From Planctomycetota bacterium (lineage in GTDB: Bacteria > Planctomycetota > UBA8108 > SXIK01): a DNA stretch of 64,000 nucleotides. The DNA lies in contig OZ244999.1 in assembly GCA_965223265.1 (NCBI GenBank), positions 6,272,001 to 6,336,000 of the forward strand, written 5' to 3'. The notes beneath the pieces were generated by a model that was not told where the DNA came from, made no database searches, and was given only the letters and a program-made list of their open reading frames with translations. Shown one piece after another: positions 43,202 to 52,836 of this stretch (position 1 is its first letter; each line of letters starts with the position of its first letter). Position numbers and translations under genes: made by a program.

Positions 43202-44179
43202 ATGAGGGCGAGTGTCGTCTTCGCACGGGTGGGCCTACTCGTTCTCTTGCTCGGCCGGCTGGTGGCCGCCGTCGATGCAGCGCCGACGCTGCAGCCGGAG
43301 GGATACCGTACCGCGGCGAGTGAGGTCGGACCCGTGTACGCTCTGGGCTGGTCTCAAGGCGAGATCGACGCCATCGCGACTGGACTCCCCGCTGTTGTCC
43401 GCAGCGTGGAGACGCGCCTTGGGCAGCGGCTCCAACGACAGATCACGACGGTCCTGACTCCGAACAGGACGGAGTTCCGACGCCTTCTAGCCCAACTGAG
43501 ACCCAACGCTGAGATCGCCGACTCCGTGCTCGGAGTCGCGCTCCCTCACGAAAACGTGCTACTCATGCGCGACGATCTCTCGGCGAGTTTCCGTGAAACT
43601 CTGCGTCACGAAATCGCCCACCTCGTGGTGCATAGCGGCCGCCCCGGACCGATCGCACGCTGGCTCGACGAAGGCCTCGCCATGTGGGCCTCAGGACACA
43701 TACCCACTCCAGCGGACGAAAGCTACCTCACTCTTCTAGCGCGCATGGGCGGCGTGCGGAAACTTGCAGATCTTGAAGAACGGTTCCCAAGGTCCCACGC
43801 CCTGACGCAGACGGCGTATCTTCAAAGCTACTTCGTCATCCTCTGCCTCGTCGAGAAGCACGGCGAAGCCACCATCCCGCAGCTGCTCGATGCCCTCCGC
43901 GATCAACCATTCGAAGCGGCCTTTGAACGCACAGTCGGCATCAGCATCCACGAGTTCGAAGCAGGATTCCGCACATGGATGTCCATGCGCTCCTCGCTCT
44001 TCTGGGCCGTCATCGGCGCCACAAACATTTGGCTCGTCGTGACGCTGCTCGCGCTCGTCGCGATCGCGCGGTCGGTCCTCAAGCGACGTCGAGGGCTGCG
44101 CCTGCTCGCGGAGATGGAACCGGAGGAGCCCGATCGCGGCGAGCGTGAGGGCGACCACGGCGAGAGCGCTTCGTCGTAG
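43202..44179 (+). CDS. Peptidase MA-like zinc metallopeptidase, exported, with C-terminal TM anchor
   Basis: Signal peptide; TLRHEIAHL...WLDEGLAMW; AYLQS; C-terminal IWLVVTLLALVAIA. Confidence 0.8.
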   Translation: MRASVVFARVGLLVLLLGRLVAAVDAAPTLQPEGYRTAASEVGPVYALGWSQGEIDAIATGLPAVVRSVETRLGQRLQRQITTVLTPNRTEFRRLLAQLRPNAEIADSVLGVALPHENVLLMRDDLSASFRETLRHEIAHLVVHSGRPGPIARWLDEGLAMWASGHIPTPADESYLTLLARMGGVRKLADLEERFPRSHALTQTAYLQSYFVILCLVEKHGEATIPQLLDALRDQPFEAAFERTVGISIHEFEAGFRTWMSMRSSLFWAVIGATNIWLVVTLLALVAIARSVLKRRRGLRLLAEMEPEEPDRGEREGDHGESASS

Positions 44180-44214
44180 CTCGGAGCTTGGCCGCAAGGC
44201 GAGGCGGAGCCCAC

Positions 44215-44496
44215 GTTTGCGTTTGCGTTTGCGTTTGCGTTTGCGTTTGCGTTTGCGTTTGCGTTTGCGTTTGCGTTTGCGTTTGCGTGGGCGTTTGCGT
44301 GGGCGTTTGCGTGGGCGTTTGCGTTTGCGTTTGCGTTTGCGTTTGCGTTTGCGTTTGCGTTTGCGTGGGCGTGGGCGTGGGCGTGGGCGTGGGCGTGGGC
44401 GTGGGCGTGGGCGTGGGCGTGGGCGTGGGCGTGGGCGTGGGCGTGGGCGTGGGCGTGGGCGTGGGCGTGGGCGTGGGCGTGGGCGTGGGCGTGGGC
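44215..44496. repeat. Hexamer tandem repeat, 47 units of GTTTGC/GTGGGC
   Basis: (GTTTGC)12 (GTGGGC GTTTGC)2 GTGGGC (GTTTGC)8 (GTGGGC)22, intergenic between convergent genes. Confidence 0.97.
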
Positions 44497-44540
44497 TGTC
44501 TTTGTCTCTGCGTGCCGCACGCGCCCACGCCAGTCTTCAC

Positions 44541-44581
44541 AAAAAAAACGAGCCTGCCCAGGAGGCCGGGGCAGGCTCGTT
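44541..44581 (-). terminator. Rho-independent terminator of the actin-like operon
   Basis: Stem ACGAGCCTGCCC / GGGCAGGCTCGT followed by a T-run on the minus strand (A8 at 44541-48). Confidence 0.88.
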
Positions 44582-44616
44582 CAAAAGACCTTTGACGAGT
44601 TGAGTGAACTCAGCTG

Positions 44617-45693
44617 CTACACGTCCGACAGCGCGGCGACCAAGCAGCCTTTGGCGACGCTGAAGAGAGGATCTTCCGCGCGCCGAATATTCTTCACCTC
44701 GATCGGGAAATTGATCGATTCAAACTCATCTTGGAAGATATCAATGAAGCCACCGATCATCGACGTACCACCGGCACACACGATTTCGATCGGTTCGGGG
44801 AAGGATGGCATCCCTTCCGCCGACTCGAAACGCGCCTTGATCGCTTCAAGCGCGTAGGAGATCAGGTTGCGATAGTAGATCTCCACCGCTTCTTCCTCGC
44901 GGTTCCGCGGACTCAAGAGATTGACTCCGCGCTCTTTGATCGCCGTCGCTCGGCTTGCCTTGATGCCGAGAACCGTCGACACGTTGCGGTCGATCCAGTC
45001 GCCGCCGCGGCTGGTCGAAAACGCCAGGGCGGGAATCGACTTGTAGGCGACGCAGATGTTGAACATACCGCCACCGCAAGAAATCCCGATGCCCGTGAAG
45101 TCATCTTCGGCGAGCTCGGAGAAGACCACAGCGTGCCCTTCGAGAAGAGGCTTCGGGCCGTAGCCGAGTTTCTTCAGCATGCTACCGAAGACACCCTTGT
45201 GATAGACAACGTTGAACTCCGCGTCGATCGGATCGGCAGGCACGGAGTAGTAGACGTTTTCCTTCGGGTAGTTCGGTTCACCGAGAAGATTCGCAAGGAG
45301 AATCTTTTCGATGGGCATGGCGTCGTTTTCGTTGGGGCTGATCACACCATCCTTCATAGGACGGCGAGTTTCCTTATTGAGGATGTTCGCCAGCTCGAAA
45401 GCTGGATCGCCGACAACGATCATGCGTCCGTCGATCACGACGTACTGCACGTTGAGCTTCGTCAGCATGTTCCGGGTGTAATCATCGGCATTGACCTCGA
45501 TGAACGCATTGCGTTGAATCTTGATCGTGACGTTGCCGCTGTTGTCCTGGATGCTACTGACGAGATTCGCCGTACCGACGTCAAGCCCTCGACCCGGTGC
45601 GAACTTACTCGCTCCTGCAGCCGGTGCAGCTGCGGCGGCTGTGGCGCCGGTTCCGACGTCCATGGCGCTCCCTTCACTGCTTTCCACCATCAC
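44617..45693 (-). CDS. Actin-fold ATPase, volactin-like (not MreB/FtsA/ParM)
   Basis: Phosphate 1 GLDVGTAN; RRPMKDGVIS; VPADPID; EGHAVVFSEL; phosphate 2 GIGISCGGGMFN; RGGDWID; adenosine motif AGGTS; DPLFSVAKG. Start may be 45693, 45690 or 45663. Confidence 0.85.
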   Translation of the reverse strand: MMVESSEGSAMDVGTGATAAAAAPAAGASKFAPGRGLDVGTANLVSSIQDNSGNVTIKIQRNAFIEVNADDYTRNMLTKLNVQYVVIDGRMIVVGDPAFELANILNKETRRPMKDGVISPNENDAMPIEKILLANLLGEPNYPKENVYYSVPADPIDAEFNVVYHKGVFGSMLKKLGYGPKPLLEGHAVVFSELAEDDFTGIGISCGGGMFNICVAYKSIPALAFSTSRGGDWIDRNVSTVLGIKASRATAIKERGVNLLSPRNREEEAVEIYYRNLISYALEAIKARFESAEGMPSFPEPIEIVCAGGTSMIGGFIDIFQDEFESINFPIEVKNIRRAEDPLFSVAKGCLVAALSDV

Positions 45694-46643
45694 TCTCCTC
45701 CTTTTTGAAGCTCTTTCAACTTGTCGAGAGCACCTTTAACGTCTCCCGCGGTCTTTTGTTTCACATTCACTGAGCTGAGATTGGTCTCCAGCTTCGAACT
45801 CTGATTGAGCAGAAAATCCAAACTAACCTCGTCCATTTCGACGGGCGCAGGGCCGCGGCCACCACCACCGCCGCCGCCAGCCGGAAGATTCTCAATTTTC
45901 TCAGAAAGAGAATTGAGCGCCTTCAGGATGTCGCCGTCGGCAGCGCGTTGCCCACTCGCCTTCTGCATCTGCGAACCGAGCGCAGCGAGAAGCTGAGCCA
46001 CGGCCGCATCTTGTTGCGGCGGCTGCGGCACCGCAGCGGCCTGTGCCTCAGCGCGCAAGTTGGTCAGTTCCGCCTGTAGCCGTCCGTTTTCGGCCTCGAG
46101 CTCGACGGCACGCTCACGAGCGTTCGTTTCGCCGGCGGCGGTCGAGCGCAGCTGCGCAAGCTCGGCTTTCAGTCGTCCGTTCTCAGCCTCAAGTGCTGCA
46201 TTCTGCGTCGAGAGTTGCTCTTTTTCACTTTGCGAGGCGCCGGCCTGAGCTTCGAGCCCCTTGAGCTTCTGAAGCGCCTGGTCGCGCTCCGCCTGTGTTT
46301 CGATCATCGATTGCAGGCGCTGACGAAGGCCGTCGGCCTCCCCCGAGAGCTTCTCGTTGACCTGCATGAGTTGTTGGATTTTCTGTTGCCCCGCTGTCTG
46401 AGCCTGCTGCGCGATCTGATCGACCCGCGCCTGGGCCTCTTCGATGATGCGCTTACGCTCCTTGCTCGTGATCTCTTCAGCACGCTGCGCGAGCACTTCG
46501 TCGACAGTCTGAGCGATCAGTCGCGTGATTGTCTGTTGATTGACAACTTTGACCTGCTTGACCCCCTTTTTTGTGAGGGAGTCGAGGCTGACCTCGCACG
46601 TGCTTCCCCGGATGACTTTTTTTATGTCAATGGAATTCGTCAT
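45690..46643 (-). CDS. Coiled-coil protein coupled to the actin-like gene
   Basis: Small N-terminal domain (IDIKKVIR...LTKKGVKQVKVVN), Q/E/A heptads with repeated LEAENGRL, Gly linker, C-terminal VKGALDKLKELQKG; stop overlaps the next start (GTGA). Start set at ATG 46643. Confidence 0.8.
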   Translation of the reverse strand: MTNSIDIKKVIRGSTCEVSLDSLTKKGVKQVKVVNQQTITRLIAQTVDEVLAQRAEEITSKERKRIIEEAQARVDQIAQQAQTAGQQKIQQLMQVNEKLSGEADGLRQRLQSMIETQAERDQALQKLKGLEAQAGASQSEKEQLSTQNAALEAENGRLKAELAQLRSTAAGETNARERAVELEAENGRLQAELTNLRAEAQAAAVPQPPQQDAAVAQLLAALGSQMQKASGQRAADGDILKALNSLSEKIENLPAGGGGGGGRGPAPVEMDEVSLDFLLNQSSKLETNLSSVNVKQKTAGDVKGALDKLKELQKGGE

Positions 46644-47008
46644 AAGAAGCCTTTTCAGTCTTCGCGGAAAAACACTCTTTGAGTTGGTCGTGGTTGGGTA
46701 CTCCTCGCGAGCTGCAACAGGGAGAACTGCCCAGCGAAGAGTCGCTGAAGCATAGCATCGGGTTTTCGGCAGCGTCAAACTGGCCGCAAGTGCTGCTGTA
46801 GGCGCATCATCTCAACGATGTGGAACGCGCGGCTGGCGACTCGAGCTCCCATGCATCGACCCGGAGGGGTCTCCACACAGTCCGATAACTGCAGCCCGAA
46901 CGCCCGCGCGCATGCGAACCTGTTGCGAGGCGTGCGTGCGGCGTTCGAGTCGAGCGCAGCGTCGTATCTCTGCGCTGTGAGAGAGTCTCAGAGGCGGACG
47001 CGCCCCTC

Positions 47009-47755
47009 TCAGTTTCCAGGTTGACCGCTAGATCGCTCGCGGCGCAACTCTTCTTCAAGAAGATCCTCGTCCTGCTGGATGATCTTGCGCTGCCATTCAC
47101 GCCGAACTTTGGCAAGGTTCGCGCGACCAGTTTCGGAAATCCGCGCGGCGGCAGCCTGCTCGGTCAGATCGAGATACTGAAGCGCGCTCCGGTAATCTTC
47201 CAAGTTCGCGTAGTTATCCGCAACAGAAGCGTAGTGCTCGAACTGATCGCTGCCTTGTGGACTGTGATTGAAATAGATCAGGAAAAAGCGGTTCGACCGC
47301 GTGTAATACTCGCGGAACGCTCGGCGGTGCTCCTCCTTCTCGGACGGGGGACCCAAGAGGAAGTCCACTCGGTGGAAATTGCCCAGACGTCTGAGCGCTA
47401 GCGCGTAGCGCAGATAACAAACAGGGCAAGAATCTGGACGCGCTACCTTGGTCGTCTCCTCTTCGTACGACGCATACTCCTCCAAAGCGGCGAGTCCTGC
47501 CCGTCGCGCCCGATTGTCACGTTCTTCTTCGCTGAGCGCTCGCCAATCGCCGTTGGGATCGGAGGGGGTCCCAGCTTGTTGGAACCGATCATAGGCGTCC
47601 GCCGCTTTCTCACGCATTTCACGAATATACCGGGCCGTCTCCATCGGACCTTCGGGACGGTCCGGCTTCGACTTACATCCCAAGATGCCCAGCGCAGAAA
47701 CGGTCAAGACGACAAAACAACGAGACGGTACGGCTATGACTTGCTTCATCTGCAA
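47009..47755 (-). CDS. Alpha-helical (TPR-like) lipoprotein
   Basis: Lipobox LGILGC; helical repeats (YANLEDYRSALQYL); CPVC motif. Confidence 0.6.
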   Translation of the reverse strand: MQMKQVIAVPSRCFVVLTVSALGILGCKSKPDRPEGPMETARYIREMREKAADAYDRFQQAGTPSDPNGDWRALSEEERDNRARRAGLAALEEYASYEEETTKVARPDSCPVCYLRYALALRRLGNFHRVDFLLGPPSEKEEHRRAFREYYTRSNRFFLIYFNHSPQGSDQFEHYASVADNYANLEDYRSALQYLDLTEQAAAARISETGRANLAKVRREWQRKIIQQDEDLLEEELRRERSSGQPGN

Positions 47756-47934
47756 CCTTCGGCTGAAGTGCCAGCGGGGGTCTACGGCCAGAACGCTGAG
47801 GCTGCGCAGGTGGCCGGCGATCGGGCGGAGCGACGGGAATCGCTCCCGATGTAGAAAGACGGTAATCTACACCTTAACGTTAGCACGAGCCGGGGCTGGG
47901 GTCAATGCGGCGGAGGCGCCCATTCAGCGTCGAA

Positions 47935-49491
47935 CTACCGAGCGACGGGTGCATCTGTGAGCCGCTGCAAGCGCACCATCTCGAAGCGTAGACGGATCGT
48001 TTTGTGCTGAGCCAGCAGCACGAGTCCCGGAGCCGCCCCCTTCGGTTTACGGACATACTTAGCTGCGGTGTAATCGACGTCGAACCCTGCTCCGTCTTGC
48101 AGCTGCGACCTCGCTCGCGAGGTGGAGCTAAAGTAGACCGCCAAAGTTGCCGCATCGAGTAGCGTCTCCTGCGGCATCACCTGCCCCTTTTGCAGCCTCA
48201 CGATCACATGCGCTCCCGGGCGGCCGCTCACATGCAGAAACATGTCGTTGCCGCGAGCGATGCGCGTTGAGAGTTCGTCGTTCGATCTCTGGTTGCGTCC
48301 GACCAGGATCTCAAGTTGGTCCGCTGAGACGAATCGTTTCGGACCAGCAACCGCAGCCTCCTGGCTTTTCCCGGTACCGCGGTGGCGCGGCGGTCTACAA
48401 AGAGATTCCAGACGCGATCTCAGTGAATCCAGCGCCGCCGTGCTCGCAGCGTCCTCAAGCTCCGCAGCCAGGCCCCGGAGCTCGGCCTGCTCTGCTTCCA
48501 GTTTGCCGAGCCTCTCGAGGATGATCGGTAGCCCACGCTTCGACTTTCGGTAGCGCTTGAAATAGCGCTCAAGGTTCTGCTGCGGCGTCAGCGTTGGGTC
48601 AAGCGGAACGCGCACCGTCGCCACGCCATCGACCGAGTAGTCGGGCAAGTCAACGAAGTCTACGCCGCGCTTGATCTTGCCGACAAACGGCTTGAGCAGC
48701 TCACCAAAACGCCGGGCTTCCTCGCCAGCCTGAGCGCGATCGCGATCGGTGCGCACCTTCGTCAACAGGCGCTCGCGGCGCTTGCGCTCCTTCTTCAGGC
48801 GCCGACTGATCACAAGTCGCTCAGCAGCGAGAAGAACAGGCGCGGCGACACGCTCGAATCGCCTCATCACCGCAGCGTGGTGTGGCGGCAAGCCCGCATC
48901 CGGCGTCGGCACCGACGCGGTCACGTTCACGTCCGGGCGCGTCGGCTCGGCACTAGCAGCCCCGCCGTCCGCCTCGGAGTGCGGCCCCGCCGCGCTTGGA
49001 CTCGCGGAACCAGACATCATGTCTTTCGACGTCAGCTCGACGGCCGGGCTTGGCGTCGCACTCGAGGTGAGCGCATGCAGGACCTCGCCGGTCGCCGACA
49101 GACAAGAAAGCTGCGGCTTGCGCCCGATCGACCGCAGCTCCAAGACGACCTCAGCCCTCCCTTCTCCGGGAGGCGAGACAGCGAGCCTCATAGCGCGACC
49201 GCCCTCCGCCGCCGCAACGCCAAGGACATGTCCCCCTTTGAGTTGTCGCCGCAGCGCGAGACAGAAGGTTGACGGCTCGGAGGAGGCACGCGGTCGCACC
49301 GCGATCAGATGAAAACGCGTCAGGTCAGGGTGTACCGAGAAGAGGAGAAAGCGCTTGCCCGTATCCCGTCCGTAGAAAGAGAGAATGACCTCATCGTCGC
49401 CGCTTTGGTGAACATGGTCGACCCGGGCGCCGATCAGAAACGGGCGGCACTCTCGGACCAAGGTTTCGGTTTCGTCTGCGCGCAGGGCCAT
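47935..49491 (-). CDS. NFACT/RqcH (FbpA-like) ribosome quality-control protein
   Basis: FCLALRRQLKGG, LDPTLTPQQNLERYFKRYRK, ILVGRNQRSNDEL, LHVSGRPGAHV, VDYTAAKYVRKPKGAAPG. Confidence 0.88.
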   Translation of the reverse strand: MALRADETETLVRECRPFLIGARVDHVHQSGDDEVILSFYGRDTGKRFLLFSVHPDLTRFHLIAVRPRASSEPSTFCLALRRQLKGGHVLGVAAAEGGRAMRLAVSPPGEGRAEVVLELRSIGRKPQLSCLSATGEVLHALTSSATPSPAVELTSKDMMSGSASPSAAGPHSEADGGAASAEPTRPDVNVTASVPTPDAGLPPHHAAVMRRFERVAAPVLLAAERLVISRRLKKERKRRERLLTKVRTDRDRAQAGEEARRFGELLKPFVGKIKRGVDFVDLPDYSVDGVATVRVPLDPTLTPQQNLERYFKRYRKSKRGLPIILERLGKLEAEQAELRGLAAELEDAASTAALDSLRSRLESLCRPPRHRGTGKSQEAAVAGPKRFVSADQLEILVGRNQRSNDELSTRIARGNDMFLHVSGRPGAHVIVRLQKGQVMPQETLLDAATLAVYFSSTSRARSQLQDGAGFDVDYTAAKYVRKPKGAAPGLVLLAQHKTIRLRFEMVRLQRLTDAPVAR

Positions 49492-49593
49492 GACGAAGAT
49501 TCTGCGTGGTAACCCTCGCGCCGCAAGGCTGAAGTACAAACCCCATGTCACGGCCCGCAGCGCCCTCGCCGTGCGCCACTGGCGGACTGAGGT

Positions 49594-50049
49594 CTACGGC
49601 GTGCGTGACCAACGTCCGTCGGAGTGCGGAAACTCGAGGACCTCGGACGGGTCGAAGAAGATGTTGATCTCGCGCTCGGCAGCCTCCGGCGCATCAGATC
49701 CATGTACCAGGTTGAATTGCCCGGAGATGCCAAAATCTCCGCGGATGGTCCCGGGATCAGCCTCGGCGCAGTTGGTTTTCCCCATCAACCGGCGAGCAAT
49801 CGCGATGGCGTTCTCTCCACTCAGAACCAACAAAACGACCGGACTGCCAGTCATGAACGCAACCAGGTCCTTGTAGAAGTGCCGTTCACGATGTGCCGCG
49901 TAGTGCTCGGCTGCCTGTTCAGGGGAGATCATGCCGAGCTTCATGGCTGCGATCTGCAGGCCCTTGGATTCGAACCTGGAGAGGATAGTGCCGACGAGGT
50001 GGCGGTCAACGGCATCCGGTTTCAAGATAATCAGCGTTCGTTCGGTCAT
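49594..50049 (-). CDS. ndk: Nucleoside diphosphate kinase
   Basis: ERTLIILKPDAV, PGTIRGDF, NLVHGSD; start at ATG 50049. Confidence 0.97.
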   Translation of the reverse strand: MTERTLIILKPDAVDRHLVGTILSRFESKGLQIAAMKLGMISPEQAAEHYAAHRERHFYKDLVAFMTGSPVVLLVLSGENAIAIARRLMGKTNCAEADPGTIRGDFGISGQFNLVHGSDAPEAAEREINIFFDPSEVLEFPHSDGRWSRTP

Positions 50050-50335
50050 AGGTGTGCTCTTTTCAGCGTCATGGATTCTAGCGATGCCGCGCCCGAAGCG
50101 ATGAGGGTCGACGGCCAAGCGGCGAGGTCACGTCAAAGATCGCTCGGGCCTCCACCAATCTTTTCGACGTTAGCGGTCCAAGACTTTAGCGGTCCTCGCA
50201 CTCGGTCTACGCGAGGCGAAAGTTGTCGGCAAAGTGGCGGGGACCTCACCCGCTCACCTGGTCGTCGTCACGAAGGTCATTCCGTGATCACGTACTCAGC
50301 CGTGACCATCGCGCCGCAGCTGTCGATCCCGATAA

Positions 50336-50495
50336 CAGCCCGTTGAAAAAGTGCTTCGAGCCGAAAACTGGTCTCTTCGCGTCTAGGTCGGCCGCGGCAA
50401 ACGCAGGCAATCTTCGGGATTTTCGAGTATTGACGCGGTCGAGCTGGGCGTGAAGAGGCCAGTTTTCTCGGCCGAATGACTTTTTCAACGGGCTG
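50336..50495. mobile_element. MITE-like foldback element A, copy 2 (160 bp)
   Basis: Perfect 17-bp TIR CAGCCCGTTGAAAAAGT / ACTTTTTCAACGGGCTG; ATAA direct repeat on both sides; interior is a long imperfect palindrome. Confidence 0.8.
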
Positions 50496-50784
50496 ATAAG
50501 ACAAAACCGACTCGGTTGGAATCGGTTCACCGACGACCGGATACGCTGGCGGTCATGCGGTGGTAATCCAACTCTTTAATCTATAGCCGCCCGCGGGCCG
50601 AAACAAGGTACAGGGAGTGGTCACTCTGAAGCGATTCCGAACGATTCAATACGCTAAGAGTCGCTGCTCTGTTGAACGTCAGAACTCAATCCACTGACCG
50701 TCGATACCAGGAACACGACTCAACGCCGACAAAAAGAGTGGCGAGCAGTGCGCCTCGCGCGCAATTTCCCGCCACCACTTTTGT

Positions 50785-52557
50785 GTGAGCATTGGGGAGA
50801 GCCGCAAGTTTCGGATTCGGAGACTAGACTTGGATCACCAAAAGGTGGAACAGACCACGGCCCTGATCGAGTCAGACGCCGAACTGGCCGAGTGCTGGAG
50901 TGGTGAGACCGAAGACAAATCCGCCGACACGTTCGTGAACTGCGCCGTCGACGCCATGGAGCTCTTGAGCGACGCAGAGCGTCACCCGGTCGAGAGCTGC
51001 GAGGACGAGGACTCTCGGCTCAACAAAGCGGCGATCGACATTCTAGGACGCCTTATAACGCTCTTCGCGGCGGAACGTGGCTTTGCGTTTCGCATCGAAC
51101 GCGACACCACCGGCCAGGAATCGCAGCTCAAAACCGTACCTTGGATCACCGCGGACCTCGACGGCGAAGAAGTGCAGCACCCTGAAAGAAAAGCGCCGAT
51201 GGATGCGGTGCGAAGTGTCGCCGAATCGGGCATCCCGGCACGGGCACCGATCGAGCATTCTAACGGCACGACGCTTCCCGGAGATGAGTCGCATCAGTCC
51301 ATCTTGCTACCACTCAAGATCCGCAGCGCCGTCTGCTGCGTGCTATTTCTGGAGAATCGCTTCCGCCCGATGTCACTGTCGCGCTCGAACATCCTCACGG
51401 CGAGGTTCTACGCTCACGTTCTGGAATCGTTCGTATGGACGCACGAGCTCCGAAAGGAGAATCGGTCGCTGTGGAACGATGTCTCTCTCCTGCGCGAAAC
51501 GCCACCGAGTCAGGTCCAGACACTTGCGCTCGCCTCCTCGTCCTCGGCACACGGAAAACGGCGCCAGAAAAACGCGCAGCGAAGCGACCTCAGGGGCGAC
51601 TACTCCATGATCGTCGGCAACAGCCCTCGCATGATGGAAATCTTTCAGGTGCTCGATCGGGTCTCGAGCTCCAATGCCCCAGTTCTGATCAACGGGGAGA
51701 GCGGAACCGGAAAAGAACTGGTCGCGAACGCGATCCACACCAATAGTGGTCGCAACGATCGCCCTTTCGTGTCGGAGAACTGCGGAGCGCTCACCGAGAC
51801 ACTCTTGGAGAGCGAGCTGTTCGGCTACATGAAGGGTGCGTTCACTGGCGCGACGAAGGATCGAAAGGGTCTCTTCGAGCTCGCCGCCGGAGGCACGCTA
51901 TTCCTCGACGAGGTCGGTGACATGAGCCCGACCATGCAGAAGAAGCTGTTGCGCGTGCTGCAGGAAAAAGTGGTGCGCCGAGTCGGAGGTAAAGAACTCA
52001 TTCCGGTCGACGTTCGTATCATTTCGGCGACCAACAAAGACCTCCAGGAGGAAGTCCGAGCCGGCGCATTTCGAGAAGACCTCTACTACCGGCTCAACGT
52101 GATCAATTTGAAGCTGCCTCCCTTACGTGAACGCAAGGACGACGTGGAGGAGATCGTTCACTTCTTTCTCAAGGGCCTCGCTGCCGACAACGACGTCGAG
52201 AAAAAGATCGAGCCCGCCGCGATGACCTATTTGACCGAGTACGACTGGCCGGGGAACATTCGCGAACTACAGAACGAGGTGAAACGCCTCTACGCTTTGG
52301 CGGACGGTGACATCCGCGTCGCAGACCTCTCCGAGAATGTCCTGCGCGGCGATGACCGTCGTCCGGAGATGCAAAACCTCGAGCGCGATCTTGCAAATAT
52401 GACACTCAAGGAAGCCGTCGAGAGAGTTGAGGAGTTCCTCATCCGAAACGCTCTCATCGAGTGTCGCGGCAACAAGAGCCTCGTCGCAAAGAAACTCAGC
52501 GTCCCCAAGACAAGCCTGTACAACAAGATCAGCCGCTATCAGCTGGGCCGCCTGTGA
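50785..52557 (+). CDS. sigma54-dependent activator (GAF-like + AAA+ + HTH)
   Basis: GESGTGKE, ESELFGYMKGAFTGA, LFLDEVGDM, REDLYYRL, WPGNIREL; start uncertain. Confidence 0.93.
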   Translation: MSIGESRKFRIRRLDLDHQKVEQTTALIESDAELAECWSGETEDKSADTFVNCAVDAMELLSDAERHPVESCEDEDSRLNKAAIDILGRLITLFAAERGFAFRIERDTTGQESQLKTVPWITADLDGEEVQHPERKAPMDAVRSVAESGIPARAPIEHSNGTTLPGDESHQSILLPLKIRSAVCCVLFLENRFRPMSLSRSNILTARFYAHVLESFVWTHELRKENRSLWNDVSLLRETPPSQVQTLALASSSSAHGKRRQKNAQRSDLRGDYSMIVGNSPRMMEIFQVLDRVSSSNAPVLINGESGTGKELVANAIHTNSGRNDRPFVSENCGALTETLLESELFGYMKGAFTGATKDRKGLFELAAGGTLFLDEVGDMSPTMQKKLLRVLQEKVVRRVGGKELIPVDVRIISATNKDLQEEVRAGAFREDLYYRLNVINLKLPPLRERKDDVEEIVHFFLKGLAADNDVEKKIEPAAMTYLTEYDWPGNIRELQNEVKRLYALADGDIRVADLSENVLRGDDRRPEMQNLERDLANMTLKEAVERVEEFLIRNALIECRGNKSLVAKKLSVPKTSLYNKISRYQLGRL

Positions 52558-52596
52558 CCTTGAGGCGCGAGCGGCGCGGACCTGGCTTCCAGCCAG

Positions 52597-52612
52597 TGTC
52601 ACATTCTTGACA
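52597..52612. promoter_or_regulatory. Palindromic box TGTCA-N6-TGACA
   Basis: GTGTCAcattctTGACAC between the two bEBP genes; same motif at 60357-60372. Confidence 0.55.
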
Positions 52613-52836
52613 CAACTCATTGGGAACCGAGCACGCCACCCCGTATGCTCAGACGGGGGATGGTGGTGTTCACCCGCATTCGGCCCAGCCCGACTTCACG
52701 CCGCTTGAGGGGGAAAACATCCCCCTAGCAGCTTCAGCAAGCCCAGCGACACGCGTGGCCCGACGACCGCGGCGACGGAAATCAGAACCGAAGTGGTGAC
52801 CCCCTGTCGCTCTCGAGGTTTCCCGAGGTTCGATCG

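Noticed and set aside
44215-44496. Possible CRISPR array
   Set aside because: Simple 6-bp tandem units with no spacers and no cas genes
43903-44603. ORFs encoding (HA)n(NA)n, (PT)n(QT)n, (CV)n(GV)n, (RL)n(RG)n
   Set aside because: Artefacts of a stop-free hexamer repeat; they lack a convincing RBS and overlap a terminator or the peptidase gene
44617-45693. Calling the actin-like gene mreB
   Set aside because: Lacks the MreB signatures (IDLGTAN..., VDIGGGT, EP.AAAIG) and there is no mreCD context
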